From: a virus
Length of the DNA: 15,204 nucleotides
UHGV virus genome: UHGV-1767466
Strand: one strand, 5' to 3'
Below, one piece after another: positions 7,255-14,201 of this stretch. The number at the start of each line of letters is the position of its first letter. Positions within the stretch are counted from its first letter, which is position 1. The notes below the pieces were generated by a model. It searched no databases and was not told the DNA's origin. It worked only from the letters and a program-made list of their open reading frames with translations. A program made the translations under genes and the position numbers.

Positions 7255-8460
7255 ATGGCGGTTGATATTAAAGATGTCGAACAGGTCGCGCAGGAGCTGC
7301 AGCAGAAGTTTGACGACTTCAAAGCAAAGAACGACAAGCGCGTGGATGCGATTGAGCAGGAAAAAGGCAAGCTTGCCGGGCAGGTGGAAACCCTGAACGG
7401 GAAACTCAGCGAGCTGGAAAATCTCAAAAGTGATCTTGAAAAAGAGCTGCTTGAGCTGAAACGTCCGGCTGGTGGAGCGCAAAATAAACTGGCCACCGAG
7501 CATAAAGAGGCGTTTGTGGGCTTCCTGCGTAAAGGCCGTGAAGACGGTCTGCGCGATCTGGAGCGTAAGGCATTGCAGGTGGGTACCGATGAAGACGGTG
7601 GCTACGCCGTGCCGGAAGAATTGGATCGCAACATTCTTAACCTGCTGAAAGATGAAGTGGTGATGCGTCAGGAAGCCACGGTGATCACCGTTGGCGGTTC
7701 CGACTACAAAAAACTGGTGAATCTGGGCGGTACGGCTTCCGGATGGGTGGGAGAAACGGATACGCGATCCCAGACTGCCACCTCCAGACTGGAGCTGATT
7801 GAACCTCTCATGGGGGAAATTTACGGCAACCCGCAGGCTACCCAGAAAATGCTGGACGATGCCTTCTTCAACGTGGAGGCCTGGATCAACAGCGAGCTGG
7901 CAACCGAATTTGCCGAACAGGAAGAAATTGCCTTTACCTCAGGCGATGGCACCAAGAAGCCGAAAGGGTTCCTAGCGTATGAATCCACTGATGAAACCGA
8001 CAAGGTCCGGGCGTTCGGCAAACTTCAGCATATTGTATCCGGCGAAGCGACCGCGGTGACCGCAGACGCCATTATCAAACTGATTTACACGCTGCGTAAG
8101 GCACACCGCACTGGCGCGAAGTTCATGATGAACAACAACAGCCTGTTTGCCATCCGTCTGCTGAAAGACACCGAGGGTAACTATCTGTGGCGTCCGGGGC
8201 TGGAACTGGGGCAGCCGTCCTCTCTGGCGGGTTACGGTATCGCTGAAAACGAACAGATGCCGGATATCGCCGCTGATGCGAAAGCCATTGCATTTGGTAA
8301 CTTCAAACGGGGTTACACCATCGTTGACCGTATCGGCACCCGCATTCTGCGTGACCCGTACACCAATAAACCGTTTGTCGGTTTTTATACCACCAAGCGC
8401 ACCGGCGGGATGCTGGTCGATTCGCAGGCCATCAAACTGCTGAAGATTGCAGCGGCGTAA
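7255..8460 (+). CDS. Major capsid protein, HK97 fold with N-terminal delta (scaffolding) domain, 401 aa
   Basis: AGGAG at 7243-7247. The first ~100 aa are a coiled-coil-like delta domain (KDVEQVAQELQQKFDDFKAKNDKRVDAIEQEKGKLAGQVETLNGKLSELENLKSDLEKELLELKR). Followed by an HK97-type capsid body, directly downstream of the prohead protease. Confidence 0.92.
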   Translation: MAVDIKDVEQVAQELQQKFDDFKAKNDKRVDAIEQEKGKLAGQVETLNGKLSELENLKSDLEKELLELKRPAGGAQNKLATEHKEAFVGFLRKGREDGLRDLERKALQVGTDEDGGYAVPEELDRNILNLLKDEVVMRQEATVITVGGSDYKKLVNLGGTASGWVGETDTRSQTATSRLELIEPLMGEIYGNPQATQKMLDDAFFNVEAWINSELATEFAEQEEIAFTSGDGTKKPKGFLAYESTDETDKVRAFGKLQHIVSGEATAVTADAIIKLIYTLRKAHRTGAKFMMNNNSLFAIRLLKDTEGNYLWRPGLELGQPSSLAGYGIAENEQMPDIAADAKAIAFGNFKRGYTIVDRIGTRILRDPYTNKPFVGFYTTKRTGGMLVDSQAIKLLKIAAA

Positions 8461-8467
8461 TCACTCA

Positions 8468-8487
8468 GGGGCGCGGAACCGCGCCCC
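8468..8487 (+). terminator. GC-rich stem-loop just after the capsid gene (partial terminator or mRNA-stabilising hairpin)
   Basis: GGGGCGCG (8468-8475), loop GAAC, CGCGCCCC (8480-8487): a perfect 8-bp stem 8 nt after the MCP stop. The following sequence CTGTTCTG is only weakly U-rich, so termination is probably partial. Confidence 0.4.
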
Positions 8488-8509
8488 CTGTTCTGACGGG
8501 TGAAGAATC

Positions 8510-8710
8510 ATGATCCTGAAACAAGATCTGAAATGGTCACCGGACGGTATGCGTGTTGAGGTCATTCGGGCCGGTGAGTATGACGACGGGGCGCTTCCTG
8601 CCCGGGTGCAGGAGATTGCACTTCAGGCCGGGTTAGCAGAGCGCGGAACCAGTGCAAAAAGCAGTAAAGCGACAAAAGAGAAAAAAGCCACGACCAGTAA
8701 AGAGGGCTGA
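8510..8710 (+). CDS. Hypothetical small protein with Lys/Ser/Thr-rich C-terminal tail (66 aa)
   Basis: ORF in the gap between capsid and connector genes, same strand. Its stop is 2 nt before the next gene start. Low-complexity tail SAKSSKATKEKKATTSKEG. No family recognised. Confidence 0.4.
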   Translation: MILKQDLKWSPDGMRVEVIRAGEYDDGALPARVQEIALQAGLAERGTSAKSSKATKEKKATTSKEG

Positions 8711-8712
8711 GT

Positions 8713-9036
8713 ATGCTTCTGACAATGGAAGAGATTAAAGCCCAACTCCGGCTGGATGAGGATTTCGATGCTGATGACCGCCATCTGCAACTGCTGGCCT
8801 GTGCGGCGCAAAAGCGGACGGAAACGTATCTGAACCGGAAGCTCTATGCTCCGGATGAAACCATTCCGGACAGCGATCCGGACGGGCTGCACCTGCCGGA
8901 TGATATTCGTCTGGGGATGCTGATGCTTATCAGCCATTTTTACGAAAACCGCTCGTCGGTTACGGAAGTGGAGAAACTCGACATGCCGCAGAGTTTTGGC
9001 TGGCTTGTCGGCCCGTACAGGTACTTTCCGCAATGA
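8713..9036 (+). CDS. Head-tail connector (gp6-like head completion/adaptor), 107 aa
   Basis: Position directly after the capsid block. Motif resembling gp6-like connectors (EEIKAQLRLDEDFDADD ... LISHFYENR). AGAGGG at 8701-8706. Stop overlaps the next start (ATGA at 9033-9036). Confidence 0.7.
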   Translation: MLLTMEEIKAQLRLDEDFDADDRHLQLLACAAQKRTETYLNRKLYAPDETIPDSDPDGLHLPDDIRLGMLMLISHFYENRSSVTEVEKLDMPQSFGWLVGPYRYFPQ

Positions 9037-9443
9037 AAATTCGTCAGGCGCAGACCAGCGCAACCTACATTCTGCCGGACCCCGGTGAACTGAATAAACG
9101 CGTCCTGATCCGCCTGCGGGTGGATATGCCCGCGGATAACTTTGGCGTGGAGCCTCAATACCCGGTTACGTTCCGGACATGGGCGAAGGTTATCCAGACC
9201 AGTGCCACCACCTGGCAGGAAACCGCGCAGACCGGGGACGCCATCACCCATTACATCACCATTCGTTACCGCCGGGGGATCACCGCTGATTATGAGGTGG
9301 TCTGCGGTGACAGTGTGTACCGGGTGAAACGTCAGCGCGATCTGAACGGGGCGCGGCGCTTTCTGCTGCTGGAGTGTACGGAGCTGGGCGAATGTAGGCA
9401 GAGTCACGGAGGCAACAATGACGACTTCCTTTTTGCACGTTGA
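9033..9443 (+). CDS. Head closure / head-tail joining protein (136 aa)
   Basis: Translationally coupled to the connector gene. Size and position fit the head-tail joining family. Assignment is mainly by synteny. Confidence 0.55.
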   Translation: MKIRQAQTSATYILPDPGELNKRVLIRLRVDMPADNFGVEPQYPVTFRTWAKVIQTSATTWQETAQTGDAITHYITIRYRRGITADYEVVCGDSVYRVKRQRDLNGARRFLLLECTELGECRQSHGGNNDDFLFAR

Positions 9444-9924
9444 TTTTCAGCAGCCCGCGGAGATGCGCTTTAACCGCGCCCGTGTCAGGCGGGCGTTTGT
9501 CACGATTGGTCAGCGTCATATGCGTGATGCCCGTCGGCTGGTGATGCGCCGTGCGCGGTCGGCACCGGGTGAAAACCCCGGTTATCAGACCGGACGCCTG
9601 GCTCGTTCGATTGGTTACATGGTGCCGAGAGCCAGTAAAAAGCGAGCCGGTTTTATGACACGCATTGCCCCTAACCAGCGCAACGGGAAGGGGAACCGGA
9701 TGATCTCTGGTGACTTCTATCCGGCGTTTCTGTTTTTTGGTGTCCGGGGAGGAGCAAAACGTCGTCGCAGCCATCATCGTGGTGCATCCGGTGGCAGCGG
9801 CTGGCGACTGGCTCCACGTAATAACTTTATGGTGGAAACTCTTGAAAAGAACCGCAGCTGGACACGCTATTTTCTGGCGCGGGAATTGCGTAAATCACTG
9901 AAGCCGGAGCGACGACACAGATGA
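9418..9924 (+). CDS. HK97 gp10-like neck / tail-component protein (168 aa)
   Basis: Strong SD GGAGG (9408-9412) 5 nt before ATG 9418. Highly basic, Arg-rich protein in the neck-gene position. Stop overlaps the next start (ATGA at 9921-9924). Confidence 0.55.
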   Translation: MTTSFLHVDFQQPAEMRFNRARVRRAFVTIGQRHMRDARRLVMRRARSAPGENPGYQTGRLARSIGYMVPRASKKRAGFMTRIAPNQRNGKGNRMISGDFYPAFLFFGVRGGAKRRRSHHRGASGGSGWRLAPRNNFMVETLEKNRSWTRYFLARELRKSLKPERRHR

Positions 9925-10481
9925 AACTGACGCCTGTTATTGCTGCGCTGCGTGCCCGCTGCCCGTATTTTGAAAACCGGGTGGCAGGCGCGGCACAGTT
10001 CAAAAATCTGCCGGAGGTCGGAAAGCTGAGACTCCCGGCGGCGTATGTGGTACCGGGTGATGACTCTCCGGGAGAAAACAAAAGCCAGACCGACTACTGG
10101 CAGGAGCTGAAAGAGGGCTTCTCCGTGGTTGTCATACTGAGTAACGGGCGTGATGAGCGCGGTCAGTTTGCCTCGTATGATGTGGTGGACGATGTCCGGC
10201 AGATGCTCTTTAAGGCCCTGCTGGGCTGGAACCCGGAAGCGTGCGGTAACCCGATTACCTATGACGGCGGCACGCTGCTGGATCTGAATCGTCATGAGCT
10301 GATTTATCAGTTCGATTTTTCGGTCATCAGCGAGCTGACTGAAGACGATACCCGCCAGCAGGATGATCTGAACAGTCTGGATGAACTGCAAACGCTGGCG
10401 ATTGATGTTGATTATCTCGAGCCCGGTAACGGGCCTGACGGCGATATCGAACATCACACCGAAATAACCCTTCCTTCCTGA
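9921..10481 (+). CDS. Putative tail terminator / tail completion protein with strongly acidic C-terminus (186 aa)
   Basis: Coupled to the upstream neck gene and immediately precedes the sheath block. C-terminal ~50 aa are Asp/Glu-rich (ELTEDDTRQQDDLNSLDELQTLAIDVDYLEPGNGPDGDIEHHTE). Function assigned by position only. Confidence 0.45.
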   Translation: MKLTPVIAALRARCPYFENRVAGAAQFKNLPEVGKLRLPAAYVVPGDDSPGENKSQTDYWQELKEGFSVVVILSNGRDERGQFASYDVVDDVRQMLFKALLGWNPEACGNPITYDGGTLLDLNRHELIYQFDFSVISELTEDDTRQQDDLNSLDELQTLAIDVDYLEPGNGPDGDIEHHTEITLPS

Positions 10482-10489
10482 GGATCCTC

Positions 10490-10660
10490 ATGTTTGTCAA
10501 ACCTGTTAAAGGGCGGTCAGTTCCTGACCCTGCCCGCGGCGACCTTTTGCCCGCCGAAGGGCGAAATGTTGACGAGAACAACTACTGGCTGCGCCGTGAA
10601 GCAGCGGGTGATATCCGGCGCGTGAATAAAAAGGTGAACACCGATGACGATAAGCTTTAA
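10490..10660 (+). CDS. Small conserved-position protein upstream of tail sheath (56 aa), absent from the ORF track because under 60 aa
   Basis: My translation from ATG 10490 is MFVKPVKGRSVPDPARGDLLPAEGRNVDENNYWLRREAAGDIRRVNKKVNTDDDKL, with no internal stop. GAGGA (10478-10482) is 7 nt upstream. Its 3' end overlaps the sheath start by 17 nt. Mu-like and P2-like tail modules often carry a small gene here. Confidence 0.45.
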   Translation: MFVKPVKGRSVPDPARGDLLPAEGRNVDENNYWLRREAAGDIRRVNKKVNTDDDKL

Positions 10661-12140
10661 CACCATTCCGTCGAATACGCTGGTTCCGCTGTTTTATGCG
10701 GAAATGGATAACCAGGCGGCGAATACTGCACAGGACAGCGGAGCATCGCTGCTGATTGGTCATGCCAATAACGGTGCAGAGATTGTTGCCAACAGTCTGG
10801 TACTGATGTCGTCGGCAGACTATGCACGCCAGATTTGTGGTGCGGGAAGTCAGCTGGCGCGTATGGTCGAGGCTTATCGCCAGACCGACCCGTTTGGCGA
10901 GCTGTATGTGATTGCCGTTCCTGAATCCACAGGCGCGGCGGCAACGGTTACGCTGACGGTGACCGGGGCGGCAATCGAAACCGGCACGGTGAATGTCTAT
11001 GTGGGACGTACCCGCGTGCAGGCTCCGGTGACCAACGGCGATAACGTCACGACGATTGCCAGCAATATCAAAGATGCCATCAATGCCGTTCCGGCCCTGC
11101 CGTTTACGGCTTCATCTTCGGCAGGCGTGGTCACACTGACCGCGCGTCATAAGGGGCTTTGCGGGAATGAAATTCCTGTCAGCCTCAATTACTACGGCTT
11201 TGGTGGGGGCGAAGTGCTGCCAGCGGGCGTACAGATTGCCGTGGCGACGGGTACCGCCGGAACGGGTGCTCCGGTTCTCACCGGCGCGGTGGCTGCAATG
11301 GCGGATGAGCCGTTTGATTATATCGGTCTGCCGTTCAACGACACGGCCTCCGTTAACACGCTGGTGACCGAGATGAACGATACCAGCGGTCGCTGGAGCT
11401 ATGCGCGTCAGCTGTATGGTCATGTGTATACGGCAAAGATCGGCACGCTGTCAGAACTGGTGACCGCAGGTGACCAGTTTAACCAGCAGCACATTACCCT
11501 GGCGGGGTACGAAAAAGAGACCCAGACGCCTGCCGACGAACTGGCGGCAAGCCGTACCGCCCGCGCAGCGGTGTTTATTCGCAACGATCCGGCACGTCCC
11601 ACGCAGACCGGTGAGCTGGTGGGTATGCTGCCTGCGCCGAAGGGGAAACGGTTCACGATGACCGAACAACAGACCCTGCTGTCTCATGGCGTGGCAACGG
11701 CGTATGTCGAAAGCGGGGTACTGCGCATTCAGCGTGATGTCACCACGTACAGGAAAAACGCTTACGGGGTTGCGGATAACAGCTACCTAGACAGTGAGAC
11801 TCTGCATACCAGCGCGTATGTACTGCGCAAACTGAAATCTGTCATTACCAGTAAGTACGGGCGTCACAAGCTTGCCAGTGACGGTACCCGCTTTGGTCCC
11901 GGTCAGGCGATTGTCACCCCGGCGGTGATCAAAGGGGAACTGCTGGCAACCTACCGTCAGCTTGAGCGTGCGGGGATCGTGGAAAACTACGAACTGTTTA
12001 AGCAGTACCTGGTTGTGGAGCGTGATGCCAGCGATCCGAACCGCCTGAACACGCTGTTCCCGCCTGACTATGTTAACCAGTTGCGTGTCTTTGCCGTGGT
12101 TAACCAGTTCCGTCTTCAGTATTCAGAGGAGTCTGCATAA
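10644..12140 (+). CDS. Contractile tail sheath protein (Mu gpL-like), 498 aa
   Basis: Size (~500 aa), position immediately upstream of a ~118 aa tube gene, and sheath-like sequence character (MTISFNTIPSNTLVPLFYAEMDN..., Gly/Ala/Thr-rich middle). Coupled to the tube gene (TAATG at 12138-12142). Confidence 0.88.
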   Translation: MTISFNTIPSNTLVPLFYAEMDNQAANTAQDSGASLLIGHANNGAEIVANSLVLMSSADYARQICGAGSQLARMVEAYRQTDPFGELYVIAVPESTGAAATVTLTVTGAAIETGTVNVYVGRTRVQAPVTNGDNVTTIASNIKDAINAVPALPFTASSSAGVVTLTARHKGLCGNEIPVSLNYYGFGGGEVLPAGVQIAVATGTAGTGAPVLTGAVAAMADEPFDYIGLPFNDTASVNTLVTEMNDTSGRWSYARQLYGHVYTAKIGTLSELVTAGDQFNQQHITLAGYEKETQTPADELAASRTARAAVFIRNDPARPTQTGELVGMLPAPKGKRFTMTEQQTLLSHGVATAYVESGVLRIQRDVTTYRKNAYGVADNSYLDSETLHTSAYVLRKLKSVITSKYGRHKLASDGTRFGPGQAIVTPAVIKGELLATYRQLERAGIVENYELFKQYLVVERDASDPNRLNTLFPPDYVNQLRVFAVVNQFRLQYSEESA

Positions 12141-12496
12141 TGGCCCGTATCGGGGGAACCTGTTATTTCAAAATTGACGGTCAGCAGCTATCGCTGACCG
12201 GCGGCATTGAGGTGCCCATGAACAGGACGGTCAATGATGACATCATCGGCCTGGACGGTTCAGTGGACCGCAAGGAAACTCACCGTGCGCCTTATGTCAA
12301 AGGGACCTTCAAGGTGCCGAAGAATTTTCCGGTGAGCAAAATCACCTCGTCTGATGAGATGACAATCACTGCCGAGCTGGCGAACGGTCAGGTCTATGTA
12401 CTGTCGTCTGCCTGGCTGCACGGCGAAGCGAACCATAATGCCGAAGAAGGCACGGTCGATCTTGAGTTCCACGGTGAAGAAGGGGATTACCAGTAA
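12140..12496 (+). CDS. Tail tube protein (Mu gpM-like), 118 aa
   Basis: Small gene directly after the sheath. Its stop overlaps the chaperone start (TAATG at 12494-12498). Size typical of contractile-tail tube proteins. Confidence 0.8.
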   Translation: MARIGGTCYFKIDGQQLSLTGGIEVPMNRTVNDDIIGLDGSVDRKETHRAPYVKGTFKVPKNFPVSKITSSDEMTITAELANGQVYVLSSAWLHGEANHNAEEGTVDLEFHGEEGDYQ

Positions 12497-12765
12497 TGAA
12501 AGAGCTTGAGTTAAAGAAACCGATTACCGCTCATGGCGAGACACTCTCCGTACTGGAGTTTGATGAGCCCACCGGGAAGGATGTCCGCGAGTTGGGGTAT
12601 CCCTACCAGATGAATCAGGATGAGTCAGTCAGACTTCTGGCGCATGTGGTGTCGAAATACATTGTGCGGCTGGCGAAAGTGCCGCAAAGCTCTGTCGACC
12701 AGATGTCTCCGGCAGACCTGAATGCAGCGGCGTGGCTTGTGGCCGGTTTTTTCCTCCAGGCCTGA
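12496..12765 (+). CDS. Tail assembly chaperone (short, in-frame product), 89 aa
   Basis: Located between the tube and tape measure genes. It has a -1 frame ORF overlapping its 3' end that runs up to the tape measure start, the conserved arrangement for tail assembly chaperones. Confidence 0.75.
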   Translation: MKELELKKPITAHGETLSVLEFDEPTGKDVRELGYPYQMNQDESVRLLAHVVSKYIVRLAKVPQSSVDQMSPADLNAAAWLVAGFFLQA

Positions 12766-12914
12766 CGGCTGAATACCTCACTGATCGCTTCTTTGACTGC
12801 GCCTGCTACTGGCGCATTAATCCTTTCGAATTGCTGAATATGCCGATCAGTGAAATTCCCTTGCTGGTCAGTCAGGCAAACAGGATAGAGCAGGAGAAAC
12901 GCACACATGGCTGA
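12496..12914 (+). CDS. Tail assembly chaperone, long product via programmed -1 ribosomal frameshift (join 12496..12753, 12753..12914; about 139 aa)
   Basis: Slippery heptamer T_TTT_TTC at 12747-12753 in the zero frame (codons GGT TTT TTC). After a -1 slip the reading continues FFPPGLTAEYL... to TGA at 12912-12914, overlapping the tape measure ATG at 12907. Confidence 0.55.
12747..12753 (+). promoter_or_regulatory. Putative -1 frameshift slippery site (T TTT TTC)
   Basis: Fits X_XXY_YYZ in the chaperone zero frame, 10 nt upstream of the zero-frame stop. The -1 frame is open from here to 12914. Confidence 0.5.
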
Positions 12915-13308
12915 ATTTGAGCTTAAGGCGTTGATCACCGGTGTCGACAGGCTTTCTCCCGCGCTGTCGAAAATGCAAAAGAAAATCCGGGGATTTAAAC
13001 GCCAGGCGGAAGAAGCGTCACAGGGTGGGCTGGCGCTTGGTGGAGGACTGGCAGCGGGGCTGACGCTTTCCCTGAAATCTTATGCCGATCAGGAAAACGC
13101 CGCTACCGGGCTGAAAGTCGCCATGATGGATGCGAACGGCGAGGTTGGAAAGAGCTTTCAGGACATCAATAAACTGGCTATTGGCCTGGGTAACCAGCTA
13201 CCCGGTACAACGGCTGATTTCCAGAACATGATGCAGATGCTGGTGCGTCAGGGGATCCCGGCAGAAAACATTCTGGGTGGTGTGGGTAAAGCGACAGCTT
13301 ATCTGTAA
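12907..13308 (+). pseudogene. Tape measure protein, N-terminal fragment only (133 codons); gene interrupted by IS66-family insertion
   Basis: Starts where the frameshifted chaperone ends. The N-terminus (MAEFELKALITGVDRLSPALSKMQKKIRGFKRQAEEAS...) is typical of tape measure proteins, which are normally 600-1000 aa. Here the frame ends at TAA 13306-13308, supplied by the first bases of the IS end (GTAAGCG from 13305). Confidence 0.8.
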
Positions 13309-13389
13309 GCGTAAAGCCAATGCCGTCTGTAACACCTGCTCCTTGCAGACTAAATTAGAGCTCCTTCTAAATTAGACGGAGTTCTATTG

Positions 13390-13824
13390 ATGGATAAACC
13401 TACAGACTGGCGCTCCGGAACCCGCCGGATATTTTCTAATGAATTTAAACTTCATATGGTTGAACTGGCTTCGAAACCAAATGCCAATGTTGCACAACTG
13501 GCCCGGGAACATGGCGTTGATAACAACCTGATTTTTAAATGGCTACGCCTCTGGCAAAGAGAAGGACGTATTTCTCGTAGAATGCCTCCAACTATTGTAG
13601 GCCCTACAGTATCACAATCTTTTCCGGCCTCTCCGACTCTGGTTCCAGTGGAACTTATCGACACCCCGCGCTGTGCTACAGATGCTCCTGCTCCGGGGGC
13701 ATTATCAGTTGCTTGTGCAGCTTCCTGCCATGTGGAATTCCATTACGGTAAAATGATGCTGGAAAATCCTTCACCAGAGCTGCTCACGGTGTTGATCCGT
13801 GAGCTGACCGGGAGGGGACGATGA
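13390..13824 (+). CDS. tnpA: IS66-family accessory protein TnpA (orfA, HTH), 144 aa
   Basis: ATG 13390 preceded by GGAG (13378-13381) at 8-nt spacing; the ORF track begins one codon earlier at TTG 13387. N-terminal helix-turn-helix-like region (SNEFKLHMVELASKPNANVAQLAREHGVDNNLIFKWLR). Stop overlaps the tnpB start (ATGA at 13821-13824). Confidence 0.8.
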   Translation: MDKPTDWRSGTRRIFSNEFKLHMVELASKPNANVAQLAREHGVDNNLIFKWLRLWQREGRISRRMPPTIVGPTVSQSFPASPTLVPVELIDTPRCATDAPAPGALSVACAASCHVEFHYGKMMLENPSPELLTVLIRELTGRGR

Positions 13825-14171
13825 TTTCACTCCCATCAGGTACCCGTATCTGGCTCGTTGCCGGCGTTACTGATATGCGTAAATCCTTCAATGGTCTGGG
13901 GGAGCAGATACAGCATGTGCTGGATGATAACCCCTTCTCCGGTCACCTGTTTATCTTCCGTGGCCGACGGGGAGACACGATTAAAATCCTGTGGGCTGAT
14001 GCTGATGGTCTGTGCCTGTTCACCAAACGCCTTGAGGAAGGTCAGTTTATCTGGCCTGCGGTGCGTGACGGTAAGATATCCATTACCCGCTCGCAACTGG
14101 CAATGCTCCTCGATAAGCTGGACTGGCGTCAGCCAAAAACATCCCGCCTTAACGCACTGACAATGTTGTAA
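13821..14171 (+). CDS. tnpB: IS66-family TnpB (orf2), 116 aa
   Basis: Translation MISLPSGTRIWLVAGVTDMRKSFNGLGEQIQHVLDDNPFSGHLFIFRGRRGDTIKILWADADGLCLFTKRLEEGQFIWP matches the conserved IS66 Orf2/TnpB family as I recall it. Size and position fit. Confidence 0.88.
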   Translation: MISLPSGTRIWLVAGVTDMRKSFNGLGEQIQHVLDDNPFSGHLFIFRGRRGDTIKILWADADGLCLFTKRLEEGQFIWPAVRDGKISITRSQLAMLLDKLDWRQPKTSRLNALTML

Positions 14172-14201
14172 AAAACTCCTGACCGCATTATAAAAACGGC
14201 C

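Noticed and set aside
8623-9407. Minus-strand ORFs of 146 aa and 155 aa over the connector and neck genes
   Set aside because: Antisense to the tightly coupled head-completion gene chain; no RBS or family resemblance.
9867-10457. Minus-strand 196-aa ORF
   Set aside because: Fully antisense to the coupled neck and tail genes at 9418-10481; no independent support.
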